Assembly: GCF_009834535.1 (NCBI RefSeq)
Contig: NC_045698.1
Location: 10,542,001 to 10,606,000 of the forward strand
Direction of reading: 5' to 3'
DNA from: Camelus ferus
Taxonomy: Eukaryota
DNA length: 64,000 bases
Made by a program: the position numbers and the translations under genes. The notes beneath the pieces were generated by a model that worked only from the letters and a program-made list of their open reading frames with translations, did not search any database and was not told the origin of the DNA. The number at the start of each line of letters is the position of its first letter. Within the stretch, counting starts at the first letter, position 1. This document shows, piece after piece, positions 63,565-64,000 of this stretch.

Positions 63565-63775
63565 CTAACTCTCATCAATTACTTATTATACACCAAGGGC
63601 TTTCCATAGGGTATTTCATTTAATCCCTATTACAGTCCCAGGATAGTGGCATTTTTTGGTTCCTCTACCGAGGACAGCAGGGCCTAGAGGGGCTGTGTGG
63701 CTTTCCGCAGGTCATCCCACTGCTAAAGGGTGGGTGGGGCCAGGATTTCAATGCCGGCCTTGGGGGACTCAGAAG
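63565..63775. mobile_element. MIR SINE fragment
   Basis: 'atttcatttaatccctattacagtccc...gcaggtcatcccactgctaaagggtgggtggggccaggatttcaatgcc'. Confidence 0.6.
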
Positions 63776-64000
63776 CCTTGTTCCCCTCATGTTCTCAGGA
63801 TGTCTAAAGGCACCCAAATGGCCCAATGGTACATGGTGCATGGACAGTGTAGGGGTGCCAAGTGAAGAAGTGTCTTTTTTTAGAAAGTTTTAAGTTCAGC
63901 TTATTTACCTTTGGCCCTTTCTGCCCTCCCCCCTCCCCGTGCACAAGAGATCCTTGTCTTCTCCTGGATAATGTGAACAATGAGAAGGCAGTCTCGGGGC

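Overview
This is mammalian genomic DNA, not prokaryotic. It is most likely from a camelid, judged from tRNA-Ala-derived Vic-1-type SINEs at 4425 and 60914-61221. The window holds the complete 7-exon OTULIN (FAM105B) gene on the + strand: a CpG-island promoter at ~6.4-7.4 kb and a spliced CDS from 7162 to 34323 (1059 nt, 352 aa) with the Cys129/His339/Asn341 triad intact. Converging on it from the - strand is the 3' end of ANKH: its last four coding exons (53895 down to 51338) and a long 3' UTR. The rest is introns and intergenic DNA with old interspersed repeats (MaLR LTRs, an ERV-L gag/pol remnant, L1/HAL1, L2, MIR, DNA transposon MITEs) and lineage-specific SINEs. Almost all ORFs in the supplied track are spurious. 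I see no new multi-gene system. The main leads are: (1) the ANKH C-terminus reads MRENE, which matches the human chondrocalcinosis-associated E490del allele; (2) a 20-bp minisatellite copies the ANKH exon-10 splice donor into four tandem sites; (3) the OTULIN HOIP-binding PIM has Asp at position 58 instead of Ala, and Asp31 is lost; (4) four miR-17-family seed sites are split across alternative ANKH poly(A) signals. Comparisons to human sequences, exon numbering and repeat family names come from memory and need checking by alignment.
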